A stretch of DNA of 64,000 nt from Bdellovibrionales bacterium (GCA_965204055.1 OZ241967.1:1801362-1865361); one strand, 5' to 3'; numbered from the stretch's first letter, positions 28,807 through 39,792 are shown. The notes: a model not told the origin generated them from the letters alone. Numbers and translations are program-made.

Positions 28807-30827
28807 AATGTTTGTTTTGCTGTATTTGAATCAGGCAATTTGCTGTCACTAAAAGATGGTGTCATTTTGGCTATCTTTTCAGAGTATAAAACTGTTACAG
28901 GTTTCCCTTTTTGTTTTACACTAACCCAATACATTCTTGAAAATTGATAAATCTGATCTATAAGTAGTTTAATATCTCCTCTTAAAAGCTTTTCTTGACT
29001 CATTTTTGATATTTTTATTTGAATTGGAAAAGGGAAATCTCTAATTTTTGCTCCGGTTGTATTGGAATATCTCTCATTATTACACAAAAGATACTGCCTT
29101 TTATTATTAAGGATAACACAAGTTCCACTGACTGGCATTTTTCCATTATAAGAAGTATCAAATGGAATGTAATCCTTGTTTTCCGTAATATGTAAAACAA
29201 TATAAGGGATTTTAAGATTTAATTGACTTAGAGTTTCTTCTATTATTTTACTCTCTTTTTTATTCATTGTTTTGTAATAATGGATAATGATTCTTTTAAA
29301 ATTATTTATATCCTCTTTTGATATGCTCAATATGATCTTTTTAAGAAATTCTGAAACTTCATCAATAGAATTTGTTTTTGAGGAATCGAAGTGAACAAAA
29401 GTACCATCGTTTTTAAATGTCATGGTTGTGCCAATGTAAGTATTCTGGCTTGTGTTAAATGCTCCTACACCGATAATTAAATCATTTTCTATAGGGCGAC
29501 TTAATCTCCAAGGTATACCTCCCAGCTTGGCTAAAATAGCAACTCCAATATTTGGCAAAGAGTAATTAAAGTTTTGTTCGATTATATTACCTCTATAAAT
29601 AACTTGAGAAGTGATATTTTTTTTTAAAAATAACTCCTTCAATTTATAATAGATTCCTACCTTATTAGGATCAAGATCATCTTTTTTGATTCTGGAAATA
29701 TAAATCCCCAGATATTTTATATTTGAATCAAAACTTAACGATTCTAACTTCTGTTTAATTTCTGATAAAGGATTTTCCTCTCTAAATTTGATTGTTTTTT
29801 CCTTATCAATATCTATATTTAATTCAACAAATCGAGAAAGACCAGGAAAGCCTTTAATGCCTCTTGTAAAGTAAGCATATAGTTTATTTGCAATATCTTT
29901 GTCATCCTCGTGAAATATAAAAAAGAACCTATACTGCCCTTGTTCAACAGGCCGATATGGACCATACTCTTTAATTCCATAATAAGGGCTAAAATAAGTT
30001 CTGTTCTTACCAAATATTAATAAGTTAGAATCTTTTTTTGCGTATATTATTTGCTCATTACTAATTGTCTGAAAGCCCGATGTAAAAATGGATATTTTTT
30101 TATTGTCATTTATACTAATATCCTGATCTTTAATATATTTCTCATAGAAATCAGAAACTTCATTATAAAACTGAGAGTATTTATTCGGTGGTTTAGAGAA
30201 CTGCTTTAGCCAATTCATTTGTATCCGAAATTTATTACTTACATACGCTTTTGTTTTATCAGATTTTTTTTCTTCTGTAGTCAACCTATCCAAAGGCTTA
30301 ACGGTTTTTCCCACGAGAGCGTTTTTGATAAATCTATGATAATTTTCATAAGAACTTAGAGATTTTTTTGTGATTTCACTTTTCCCCATATAGGAAATAC
30401 TGAGATTCCAAGAGTTCTGCTTATTACAAGCATATTGTTGTTTGGGATGGATAATACGGACTGTAAATTTTTTATATATTATTAAATCAGGTATATTGGA
30501 CTGGTTTTGTTCTTCAAGCAAAATAAGCTCATCTATAAAATCATTATAAACAATTAGCCTTTTTTCTAAAAAATAATCGCGAAAGGATTTTTTTAAAATA
30601 TTTTTAACGACTTTAAAATTCTCTTTATCAATTTCTATTGGTATTGAACCATCAAACTCTTCCAGATCCCAACACACTTTCTTATTAGAATCTTTAAACT
30701 TATCAGGGTCAAGTAGTTTTTTTGGAATAGTGTTATGGCCTTCTTGAGTATCTTCTGAGTAATAAATTTTTACTTTCTCAAAAGATAATTCAAAAGGTAT
30801 TAGGTTAATTGTTAAATTCAGATTCAT
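28794..30827 (-). CDS. Prokaryotic Argonaute, long-B type (catalytically inactive)
   Basis: 677 aa; MID YYKLK...TSQVI...LAKLGGIPW; PIWI DLIIGVG (G at the catalytic D), RIIIHYY, FSRMYW..V...KPVTVLYSEKIA. Confidence 0.9.
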   Translation of the reverse strand: MNLNLTINLIPFELSFEKVKIYYSEDTQEGHNTIPKKLLDPDKFKDSNKKVCWDLEEFDGSIPIEIDKENFKVVKNILKKSFRDYFLEKRLIVYNDFIDELILLEEQNQSNIPDLIIYKKFTVRIIHPKQQYACNKQNSWNLSISYMGKSEITKKSLSSYENYHRFIKNALVGKTVKPLDRLTTEEKKSDKTKAYVSNKFRIQMNWLKQFSKPPNKYSQFYNEVSDFYEKYIKDQDISINDNKKISIFTSGFQTISNEQIIYAKKDSNLLIFGKNRTYFSPYYGIKEYGPYRPVEQGQYRFFFIFHEDDKDIANKLYAYFTRGIKGFPGLSRFVELNIDIDKEKTIKFREENPLSEIKQKLESLSFDSNIKYLGIYISRIKKDDLDPNKVGIYYKLKELFLKKNITSQVIYRGNIIEQNFNYSLPNIGVAILAKLGGIPWRLSRPIENDLIIGVGAFNTSQNTYIGTTMTFKNDGTFVHFDSSKTNSIDEVSEFLKKIILSISKEDINNFKRIIIHYYKTMNKKESKIIEETLSQLNLKIPYIVLHITENKDYIPFDTSYNGKMPVSGTCVILNNKRQYLLCNNERYSNTTGAKIRDFPFPIQIKISKMSQEKLLRGDIKLLIDQIYQFSRMYWVSVKQKGKPVTVLYSEKIAKMTPSFSDSKLPDSNTAKQTLWFL

Positions 30828-30860
30828 AGTTTTGTCTCTTTATTTTCTATTTTAATTTTT

Positions 30861-33506
30861 TTATTGGCTTGTTCTAAAAATGTTGTTTAAAGCCTTCCGC
30901 CACTCATCTTGTAGAATGAGATCAAAAGTCATTTTCTGATCTTGGATTTCAATGGTTCCGGCGTCTATGGATTTTTGAGAGTATTCCGTAAAAAGATCAA
31001 AGAGCTTTTTCTTGTATTTCGTGTCAGGATTCCCCATAAGGTGTTGCCCCTTTGTCTCCAAAATGGAAAAAGAGGCATTGCCGTTTTTAGATGACTTAAC
31101 ACAAATCAAAAAATCAGGATATATCTTGTGTTTTTGCCAGCCCTGTAAATACCAGTCCTGTCTCTCTATGATCCTGTGCCACCACTTAATGGCTGAATCC
31201 TCGTCTAAATACCAAGCCACCCTTTTTTCCAGATCATTGAACTTAAATTCGTTCTTGTAAATATCCTCAAAAAGAGATAGTTGCAAATCTCCGTTACTTT
31301 TTCTTCTCAATAATGTATCCTCCCCTGATACAGAGAGATTTAAAGTTTTCGCCATTTCCCAATTCAAATCCGAATCTCCCGCGCTTACAAGCTTAAATAT
31401 AATCTCATTGTTTTTTAGTTTCTTTCTGAAAATCTTTTCTGTTTTTTGGCTTATTTGACTTTGAAGATCATTTCTTAAACAATCCAGAATATAAAACCGA
31501 TTAGAATAAATTTTTTCCTTCCCGTGCTTTCTCTTTAAAGAGGCCAGAGCTTTATCCACTGTGACGCTTATATTCCAAGGGTTGGGAATAATATCGGAAA
31601 GCCTTTGGCATATAAAGCCAAAATCCTTATTATAATCTTCAGAAACTTTTTCCTCTTCGTTTTCACAAAACGAGTGGATCAATTTCATTTGCTCTTTTAT
31701 ATCAACCTGTGTATGAGATATATCAGGGGGGTTTTCATACAGGGTAAAATCCCTCCTCAATCTTAAGTTTTGCCAGTCAATGGGAAAAAGCAGATCTTCC
31801 TCATAACTCAGTTCTTTAAAGTTTTTTCTGTCCCTATGAAGAACTTTAGGTAAAAATATCTTTAAGCCCCTAAACGGCTTTCTTCTTTTTATATTGACTT
31901 GCCGGATAGTTTCTTTCCCTGAACCCAAGGCTTTTATTTCTCCCGCCAAACCATCCATTCCCTCGTTTTCCAACCCCTTTCGGATTCCCTCTACGGCTTG
32001 GTTTGTGTCCTGATCCATACAAACTATGTATGACTGATTTAAAGCCTCTATGCCGGTTTGCCTTGTTTCCGGCTGTCTTAAAACCCGCCCTATCATTTGC
32101 TCAATGGCCACAGGGGCCTTTGTCTTGGATAGAATTGTCAGGATATAAGCAAAGGGACAATCCCAGCCTTCCTTTAAAGCCTCCTTGGTGATTATATATC
32201 GAACTCTGGAATATTCAGAGAGCAAATCTTCATCTTTCAGCTCATCTTGGAAAGCAGACTTAACCCTGATTTCCAATGGATTCACATTAAAGTTTTTTAT
32301 AAGATATTCCCGAACATCCTCCGCGTGAATGAACTTTTTTTCCCTCTGATCTTTCCCCGTTCTTTCAACTCTTATCAGCTGGACAGGGCGAATATAGCGA
32401 CTCTCGATTGTCTGTAATTTTTCCGCAGATTTTGAAAGGCTTTGCAAGGTTTCGTAACCTTTAGCCAGAGCTTTTTTCCAGTCTTTGCTTTTTAAATTAT
32501 AAATATTAATGGGGAGCTTTATCATCTCCTCTTTTTTCAACTCTCCGCCGGATACAGACACCAAAACATTGCTCTCATGAGATTTTTTATTAGGAGTAGC
32601 GGAAAGCTCTAAAATAAACCGGGGGTTAAAATCCATTAAGGCGTTCTTGGCTTTTTCCGTATAAGCCCTGTGGCCTTCATCAATCACAATCAAAGGCTGA
32701 ACAAGTTTTAAGACATTTCCAAGACTCTGCTTTATGGATATATTTTTTGAACCGGGAAATAAAGGCTCTCCAATGTCGAGGTTAGGACATATATCAAGCA
32801 GTTTTTGATTTTCATAATGAGCATTGATTTCCGGGAAGAAATAAGGAAATTTCCCAGAATTTCTGAATATCCTTAAGGTTTCTTTTGACTGTCTTCCGGC
32901 GGATTGAAGCATCAACAACATCACACATAAAAAATTTTCTGTGTCTTGAGGATGAAAGCTGTCGGTTTTTTGAAGGATTTTAACTTTTCCGGCTGAGGCA
33001 CGATCCAAGGTTTGCCTGTAAAGGCTTTCTCGATTAGTAAGAGCTTTCAGGGTTTGTTTATAAATAGAATCACTTGGAACTACCCACAAAACAAAACCGG
33101 TATTCCTCTCAAAAAAACGAGTATTGATTCGCTCTATTCCTGCCGTCGCAAGTAGTGTTTTGCCACCACCTGTGGGAACTTTAAAGCATATATTGGGAAC
33201 AGGGCGACCCATGCCACTGAATCGGCTTTTATAGGACGCAAGCGTTTGCTCTTGGTTTTTAGAGATAAACAGTCTCTCTTTTTTATCGATGACTCTTCTG
33301 GAAATAAGAGGCAAAAGCCTTTGTTCGTTTAATTCATCCCAAGCTCTTTTGCAAAAGTTAAAATCTCCTGAAGTCCAGGATGCAGACCGTTTTCTGCTTT
33401 TTCGTGATTCCGCCAAAATTAAAGTATCCTGTCTTTTTTCCTTAAGAACCTTAAGGAAAACGGAAAGCCTGTCAAGGACAGCTGACTGATAGTCTTTTAG
33501 TTCCAT
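30861..33506 (-). CDS. res: Type III restriction endonuclease subunit Res
   Basis: PTGGGKT, DEGH, ALKEGWDCP, QMIGRVLR, C-terminal YPDF...ILETKG. Confidence 0.9.
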   Translation of the reverse strand: MELKDYQSAVLDRLSVFLKVLKEKRQDTLILAESRKSRKRSASWTSGDFNFCKRAWDELNEQRLLPLISRRVIDKKERLFISKNQEQTLASYKSRFSGMGRPVPNICFKVPTGGGKTLLATAGIERINTRFFERNTGFVLWVVPSDSIYKQTLKALTNRESLYRQTLDRASAGKVKILQKTDSFHPQDTENFLCVMLLMLQSAGRQSKETLRIFRNSGKFPYFFPEINAHYENQKLLDICPNLDIGEPLFPGSKNISIKQSLGNVLKLVQPLIVIDEGHRAYTEKAKNALMDFNPRFILELSATPNKKSHESNVLVSVSGGELKKEEMIKLPINIYNLKSKDWKKALAKGYETLQSLSKSAEKLQTIESRYIRPVQLIRVERTGKDQREKKFIHAEDVREYLIKNFNVNPLEIRVKSAFQDELKDEDLLSEYSRVRYIITKEALKEGWDCPFAYILTILSKTKAPVAIEQMIGRVLRQPETRQTGIEALNQSYIVCMDQDTNQAVEGIRKGLENEGMDGLAGEIKALGSGKETIRQVNIKRRKPFRGLKIFLPKVLHRDRKNFKELSYEEDLLFPIDWQNLRLRRDFTLYENPPDISHTQVDIKEQMKLIHSFCENEEEKVSEDYNKDFGFICQRLSDIIPNPWNISVTVDKALASLKRKHGKEKIYSNRFYILDCLRNDLQSQISQKTEKIFRKKLKNNEIIFKLVSAGDSDLNWEMAKTLNLSVSGEDTLLRRKSNGDLQLSLFEDIYKNEFKFNDLEKRVAWYLDEDSAIKWWHRIIERQDWYLQGWQKHKIYPDFLICVKSSKNGNASFSILETKGQHLMGNPDTKYKKKLFDLFTEYSQKSIDAGTIEIQDQKMTFDLILQDEWRKALNNIFRTSQ

Positions 33507-33566
33507 TCAAAGCTCCTGATTTTTTTAAAAATCCCAACAGAAGGAAAATAGCTGTTTTTTCACTTA

Positions 33567-35285
33567 TCAAACTCCCATAATTTTGTGAATATGAAAAGGA
33601 AGTTGGCAAAAGTGAATGCCATATTTTTTCTTAAGGTTTTTTTGATTGATATAGCTTGCCGGAGCAAACACCAAACTGATCTTGTTTGATTTTTTATTGA
33701 TTTTTTTTATTGTCTCTGCAAGATCCAAGTGCAGGGCGCATTCTTTTCCGTTCAGAAAATCCAAGTCAGGCTTATACACAAGATGAAAATTATAATTTTC
33801 CGTCTCACCAACCAACCAAGCCGGATTAGCTTTTGGAATAGTGTCCAGGTTTCGTCCCGTTGCTGTATAAAAAACATATCTGGCCAGCTGTTTGTAGTCC
33901 GGGAGATCTTTTCCTCTCAGCATATTTTCAATATTGATTTCCTCTCCCAAAGAGCAATAAGTGAAGGAACCGCCTAAGCCTTTCTTTAGTTTTTCATCCT
34001 TGGATTTTGGAACACCCTTAATTACACGACGAACCCGCTCCGCAGTGATTTTATCCGCGTAATCCTCACACTCAATAAGGATGAACTTGCGATGGCCTCC
34101 GTCCTCTTTGTTTAAGTCAAGAACCGCTTGAGCTGTTGTGCCCGAACCAGCAAAAGAGTCCAAGATAATAGAGTTTTTATCATTGTAGGTAACCGCCTGT
34201 ACAAGTTGTTTAATAAGACCGCTTGGTTTAGGATTTGTAAAAATCTGTTTGCTGAAAATGTTTATCATTTCTTTTGTTGCATCTTCATTTGTAGGGGTTT
34301 TATAATGGTTAAGAAAAGATAAAAGATTTTTCATTTTTTTTATTTCTCCGCCCTTTCTAATATGATTGGGCCGGAAAGGTATTTTACTTATGCTGATTTT
34401 AGCTCCTTCCAAAAGATATGAATCCAGTGTCTTTTGAGAATAGCCCCATTCCCCTTTAAGGCGAAACTCAGAGAGATTTGTTCCGTTTTTTATAATCAGT
34501 TTGTCCATAAGATGTGTCTTTATTTCCCCTTCTGACATATCCTGAGCCTCTATTTTTTGATCCTCACACAAAAACTGAACCGAACCTTTTGGAAATTTCA
34601 ACACAGATTCTTTATTTCCTGCCCGGTTAAGAGGATATTTCTTGCCTTCTGTTGTTTTCTCCAAAGAAAAGGGAAAAGAATATTCCTTATTTTTCAAATA
34701 ACAAACAATAAAATCAGTAACCACTCCAACATTTTTATGTAAAAAAGAGGGCTTTTTCTTTTTCTCCCATATAAACTGAGTAACATAATTTTCTTCTCCA
34801 AAAATTTCCTCCATAATGGCCATAAGCCGAAACTGCTCATTTTCATCAATGCTGACAAAGATCACCCCGTCATCGGAAAGTAGTTCTTTTAATAATTGCA
34901 ACCGTGGCCACATCATGCAGAGCCACTTGTCATGTCTTTCTAAGTCATCGGTCCCGATGCCGTTTTGTTTCAGCCATTCCTTTATTATGGGGCTGTTCAC
35001 TTTATCGTTATATTTCCAACCCTCGTTTCCAGTGTTATAGGGCGGATCAATGTAAATACATTTGATTTTCCCCGAATACCTGGGCAAAAGAGCTTTCAGG
35101 GCGTGAAGATTATCTCCATGAATAATTAAATTGTCATCCAAGTTGGGTGCGCGCCTTTTCTTGCCAGGCACTTCTCGTCCAGTGGGAGGGAGAGATTTTT
35201 TTGCAGACACTTTAAGCACTCGAAAAGGAACTCCTAAATGATGTGAATAGATGACAGATTTTCCCTTAAAATCCAAAAAAGGCAT
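33567..35285 (-). CDS. mod: Type III DNA methyltransferase Mod
   Basis: GDNLHALK, IYIDPPY, DSFAGSGTT. Confidence 0.92.
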   Translation of the reverse strand: MPFLDFKGKSVIYSHHLGVPFRVLKVSAKKSLPPTGREVPGKKRRAPNLDDNLIIHGDNLHALKALLPRYSGKIKCIYIDPPYNTGNEGWKYNDKVNSPIIKEWLKQNGIGTDDLERHDKWLCMMWPRLQLLKELLSDDGVIFVSIDENEQFRLMAIMEEIFGEENYVTQFIWEKKKKPSFLHKNVGVVTDFIVCYLKNKEYSFPFSLEKTTEGKKYPLNRAGNKESVLKFPKGSVQFLCEDQKIEAQDMSEGEIKTHLMDKLIIKNGTNLSEFRLKGEWGYSQKTLDSYLLEGAKISISKIPFRPNHIRKGGEIKKMKNLLSFLNHYKTPTNEDATKEMINIFSKQIFTNPKPSGLIKQLVQAVTYNDKNSIILDSFAGSGTTAQAVLDLNKEDGGHRKFILIECEDYADKITAERVRRVIKGVPKSKDEKLKKGLGGSFTYCSLGEEINIENMLRGKDLPDYKQLARYVFYTATGRNLDTIPKANPAWLVGETENYNFHLVYKPDLDFLNGKECALHLDLAETIKKINKKSNKISLVFAPASYINQKNLKKKYGIHFCQLPFHIHKIMGV

Positions 35286-35743
35286 ATTTCCCCTCTTAGG
35301 TTTATTGTCTCATTAAAATATGTTTCCTGTAAGTCCAAGGATTAGTGTTTATATCCAGTGTAAATTTCATAAATCAGCAAGAAAAGTTGCTCCTTCTAAG
35401 GCTTTCAAAAGATTCCAATAGGCCAAGGTAGAAAGAGGCTTATTAGGAAAATCGCACCTTTTTCCCAACCTCAATTTAACAACAAAACAGCTTATAAAGG
35501 CAAGCGCAAACTTCTGTTCCTGCTTTGTCTAAAGCCCCTTTCCAGCTCCTTAGAAAATAATACAATGCGTTAATTAAGTTTCTGTATCCAATCTGTTGGA
35601 GGTGGTTAATCAAGACTATAGACTTGGCACTTTTCCGGTAAGGCAGTTTTCAACTACAAGAGATGTGACATACTTTGTAACACATACTGATTTTTTAATC
35701 TTGACAACAAAATCCTACAAAGAATATAAATAAAGCCATACAA

Positions 35744-38491
35744 ATGAGTAAAAAATATGATTTACATCTTCCACAAACCCGCTTTCCTATGAAGGCCAAG
35801 CTCCCAGAAAAAGAACCTCAGTTTATCCACTTTTGGCAGAAAGAAAATATTTATCAAAAATTAACAGACAAAAACAAAAACAAAGCCTTTTTCAGCTTTA
35901 TAGATGGCCCACCTTATGCCAACGGCCCGTTACACATAGGCCACGCGTTAAACAAGATCCTAAAAGACATTGTGGTAAAATATATAAATCTTTCCGGCAA
36001 ACACTGCCCATTTACTCCTGTATGGGATTGCCACGGCCTACCTATTGAAATGGCTGTACTAAAAAAAATTAAAAAAGAAAAATCAGAAACAGCTCTTGAG
36101 CCAAAACAAATCCGCGCTCTCTGTCGAAAAGAAGCTCTATACTGGGTAAAAAAACAAAAAGAACAATTCGAAAGACTGGGAGTCCTGGCAGATTGGAGCA
36201 AGCCTCTTCTCACTTTATCCTCGCAATATGAGGCTGGGGAGATACACGCTTTAGCAAAGGTGGCTGAAAAAAATCTTCTTTACCGAGGAAAAAAACCTGT
36301 TTATTGGTGCTTTGCCCTTAAAACCGCTATTGCCTCTTCAGAAGTAGAATACCGGGAACATAAAAGCCCTTCTATTTATGTAAAGTTCCCCCTGCCCCAT
36401 CCCCCTCAAAACTGGAACCTGGAAAAAAAGCCCTGTTCCCTTACAATATGGACCACCACCCCTTGGACTTTACCAGCTAACCAAGCTGTGTGTCTCAAAT
36501 CAGATTTTACTTACGCTGTGTTTGACACAGGTGCAGAATTTTTAATTTTAGCTGAAGATTTAAAAGAACATTTTGAAAAACAAACCGGTTTAAATCTCAA
36601 AAAAATTATTTCCTTTAAAGGAAAAACCTTGGAAAACCAAAAATCCCGCCACCCTTTTATAGAAAGAGATTCTTTAATCATTTTAGGAGACCATGTCACA
36701 AAAGAAGAAGGCACAGGCTGTGTGCACACTGCCCCTGGGCATGGATTAGACGACTGGATAGTAGGAAAAACATACAACCTGCCTGTATCTGTTCCAGTGG
36801 ATGAAAAAGGAGCGTTTACTTCCTCTGTGCCGGAATGGGAGGGGTTAAATGTGTTTAAAGCCAACCCTTTAATTATTGAAAAACTAAGACAAAAATCCGC
36901 ACTCCTTGCGGAAACAGAAATTACACATAATTACCCTTTTAACCCTCGTTCAAACGCTCCTCTGATTTTTCGAGCCACCGATCAGTGGTTTATACAATTT
37001 GATAAAAAAGAATGTCCTGTGCGAAAAAAATCCCTTTCTGAAATAGAAAATGAAATTCAATTCTACCCAGAGTGGGGAAAACAAAGATTAAGAGCTATGA
37101 TAAAAGCCAGCCCCGACTGGTGCCTCAGCCGGCAAAGACATTGGGGTGTGCCTATTCCTGTTTTTTACTGCAAGAACTGCGACCACACTTTATTAGATGT
37201 AGCAATAATGAACCAAATAGGTAGCAAAATGGAGACCTCAAAAGAGGGTATTGAATATTGGTTTTCCAGGCCCGCAGATAAACTTTTACCTAAAAATAAA
37301 GCCTGCCCCAGTTGCAAAAACACAGCATGGGAAAAAGGGGAGGACATTTTAGATGTATGGTTTGATAGTGGTATTTGCCACGAGGTGTTTAAAAAACAAT
37401 ATGGGGAAAAAACTTTTCCGGCGGATATTTATTTAGAAGGGAGTGATCAACACCGGGGCTGGTTTCAAACCAGTCTTAACTCCTCTATTTGCCTGAACAA
37501 TAAAACTCCCTTTAAGGCACTAATCACCCATTGCTTTGTAAACGATGCTAAGGGATATAAAATGAGCAAAAGTAAGGGCAATGTGGTAAACTTAGAAAAC
37601 CTTATTCAACAAAGCGGGGCAGAAATTTTACGGCTTTGGGTATGTAGTGAAGACTACTCACAAGATCTGCAAATTAGCCATGAAAACTTTGAAAGAGTCC
37701 GCGAAACCTATAGAAGATTCAGAAACACCCTTCGCTTTATGTTAGGAAATTTATTTGATTTTGATCCAGAAACAGATAAGATAAATTTTTTAGAAATGAG
37801 AGACATAGATAAATGGATCTTAGGGAAACTGGCTCATCTTATCCAAAAGAGTCAGCTCCATTACAACCAGTTTTTATTCCATAAAATTTACCAGGACTTA
37901 AATGTTTTTTTTACCACAGATTTATCGTCCCTTTACTTGGATATTTTAAAAGATCGCCTTTACACCTTTAAAAAAGAGGGAATAAAAAGAAGATCTGCGC
38001 AAAGTGCCCTTTACCTACTATTAAAAAATCTCCTGCACTTAATGAGTCCTATCACGACCTTTCTGAGTGAAGAAGCCTATCAACATCTTCCCGGAAAGAA
38101 AAAAGAAAAAAGCGTTTTATTGGCGGGTTTTCCATCTGTGCCGGCGGAATGGGTCAACCCAGAAATACAAAAAAAATTCAGTCACTTTTTAAAAATCCGA
38201 CAAATAGCTTACTCTGATATAGAGCATTTAAGAAAAAACCAGAGCATCGGCTCCGGCCTGCAAACAAAGGTCCGGGTGACCTTGCCAAAAGTCCTGTTTC
38301 AACAAATGCAAGACTCAGCCGATGAACTAAGAGAGTTTCTTATTGTGTCTCAAGTGGAACTACTTTCTGGCACAGAAAGAAAAGTGGAGATAGAAAAAGC
38401 GAAAGGGGAAAAATGTGATCGGTGCTGGAATTACAGTGAACAGTTGAACTCTCAAAAAATATGTCCTAAATGTATAAGTAACTTATCCTAA
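35744..38491 (+). CDS. ileS: Isoleucine-tRNA ligase
   Basis: DGPPYANG HIGH, KMSKS, C-terminal Zn finger CDRCW. Confidence 0.97.
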   Translation: MSKKYDLHLPQTRFPMKAKLPEKEPQFIHFWQKENIYQKLTDKNKNKAFFSFIDGPPYANGPLHIGHALNKILKDIVVKYINLSGKHCPFTPVWDCHGLPIEMAVLKKIKKEKSETALEPKQIRALCRKEALYWVKKQKEQFERLGVLADWSKPLLTLSSQYEAGEIHALAKVAEKNLLYRGKKPVYWCFALKTAIASSEVEYREHKSPSIYVKFPLPHPPQNWNLEKKPCSLTIWTTTPWTLPANQAVCLKSDFTYAVFDTGAEFLILAEDLKEHFEKQTGLNLKKIISFKGKTLENQKSRHPFIERDSLIILGDHVTKEEGTGCVHTAPGHGLDDWIVGKTYNLPVSVPVDEKGAFTSSVPEWEGLNVFKANPLIIEKLRQKSALLAETEITHNYPFNPRSNAPLIFRATDQWFIQFDKKECPVRKKSLSEIENEIQFYPEWGKQRLRAMIKASPDWCLSRQRHWGVPIPVFYCKNCDHTLLDVAIMNQIGSKMETSKEGIEYWFSRPADKLLPKNKACPSCKNTAWEKGEDILDVWFDSGICHEVFKKQYGEKTFPADIYLEGSDQHRGWFQTSLNSSICLNNKTPFKALITHCFVNDAKGYKMSKSKGNVVNLENLIQQSGAEILRLWVCSEDYSQDLQISHENFERVRETYRRFRNTLRFMLGNLFDFDPETDKINFLEMRDIDKWILGKLAHLIQKSQLHYNQFLFHKIYQDLNVFFTTDLSSLYLDILKDRLYTFKKEGIKRRSAQSALYLLLKNLLHLMSPITTFLSEEAYQHLPGKKKEKSVLLAGFPSVPAEWVNPEIQKKFSHFLKIRQIAYSDIEHLRKNQSIGSGLQTKVRVTLPKVLFQQMQDSADELREFLIVSQVELLSGTERKVEIEKAKGEKCDRCWNYSEQLNSQKICPKCISNLS

Positions 38492-38713
38492 AAAATTATT
38501 AAGAAAAGGCTCAATCCCTAAAATTTACTTTTTTATTGGATGAGAATAAACTAAAATGGAATCACCTGCGGAACATTGCTACAACAAAGCAAATAAAATT
38601 TACTTTGCTTTAAAACAGGTGTGGATACCTACTACCCGCCTGCGCGGGACTGAAAAGTAAGTAGATGGGCTTTTCAGTTTCCCTTTTTCAGGGAATGACA
38701 ATTTTTTTGTGCT

Positions 38714-39244
38714 ATGAAAACTTACTTAAAATATTTTATATTTCTTTCTATCTCTTTTGCCATACTGGCTTTGGATCAAGCCACTAAGCTTATGATCCAC
38801 ACCCAGTTTAATTTAGGAGAAAAAAAGATAATCATCCCCGGATTTTTTAATATTACTTATGTTAGAAACACAGGCGGGGTGTTTGGACTTTTTTCTCAAA
38901 GCAACGATGTAATTCGTCTACTGCTTTTTCTAATTTTACCCGTTTTGGCGTTTGTTTTGATTGTCTCCATCATACATAAATTAGACATCAAGCAAAAGTA
39001 TCAATTATTGGCTTTTTCGGGTATTTTTGGAGGCGCGCTGGGGAATTATATAGATCGTATTCACTTTGGTTATGTGGTGGATTTTTTAGATTTTCACTAT
39101 AAAGGCCGAGCCTGGCCTGCTTTTAATGTGGGAGATATTTGTATTGTAGTGGGGGTTATTTCAGCGATTGTTATAATTTATGTCACAGAAGGAAGGGAAA
39201 TAAAAAAACAGGAAATGCAAAAATCACCACCACCGGCCACTTAA
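38714..39244 (+). CDS. lspA: Lipoprotein signal peptidase
   Basis: LDQATK, NTGGVFG, GALGNYIDR, VVDF, PAFNVGD. Confidence 0.95.
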   Translation: MKTYLKYFIFLSISFAILALDQATKLMIHTQFNLGEKKIIIPGFFNITYVRNTGGVFGLFSQSNDVIRLLLFLILPVLAFVLIVSIIHKLDIKQKYQLLAFSGIFGGALGNYIDRIHFGYVVDFLDFHYKGRAWPAFNVGDICIVVGVISAIVIIYVTEGREIKKQEMQKSPPPAT

Positions 39245-39792
39245 GAAAATAAATCAGAGTAAGAACCTACTTCCTGATTAGAGCCTGAATTACGAGCTTT
39301 TGTATTTCTTTTTTCACTGTTGATAAAATCTAATTCAATACGCATGCTCCGCATTTGCTCTAATAATTGATACATTTGATACTCATTCTTGGATAAAGTT
39401 TTTTTAACAGAATCAATTTGCAAGCTATAACTTTGAATAAACTGACTGTGACGGCGCATTAAATCCATAATTCTTCTTTGGTCTTCTTTTCTCTGTTCTG
39501 GTTGAACCCAATTCAGCAATTTAGCCTCCCACTCTTTAAACATATTTTTTGTTGCGGAATCCATTTCCGCTTGAGTGTTAGACACTGCATTTATTTTATC
39601 TCTCATCAGCTCCATCCACTTACTGACTTTAGAATATATAGCATTTATTGTTTCATGGTTAGATTCTATTTGAGTCTGAATATGATCCACACGAGACACC
39701 AGATCTTTCCAATCTTTCATGGAAACGAGGTGACTTTCTTCAGAAAGCACTGATTGATGTGGAAAAAGCTTGTCAATTATCTTTCTGGCCAT
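39241..39792 (-). CDS. Coiled-coil hypothetical protein
   Basis: 183-aa ORF with heptad composition. Confidence 0.7.
   Translation of the reverse strand: MARKIIDKLFPHQSVLSEESHLVSMKDWKDLVSRVDHIQTQIESNHETINAIYSKVSKWMELMRDKINAVSNTQAEMDSATKNMFKEWEAKLLNWVQPEQRKEDQRRIMDLMRRHSQFIQSYSLQIDSVKKTLSKNEYQMYQLLEQMRSMRIELDFINSEKRNTKARNSGSNQEVGSYSDLFS

Noticed and set aside
28794-30827. Active slicer Argonaute or SPARSA system
   Set aside because: The PIWI catalytic Asp positions are substituted, the protein is too long for a short pAgo, and the SIR2 partner is downstream with no APAZ region evident
35596-35605. Right att site of the defence island
   Set aside because: Only an 8-bp inverted match to the tRNA-Ala 3' end, expected by chance; no integrase seen, so the island right edge is undefined
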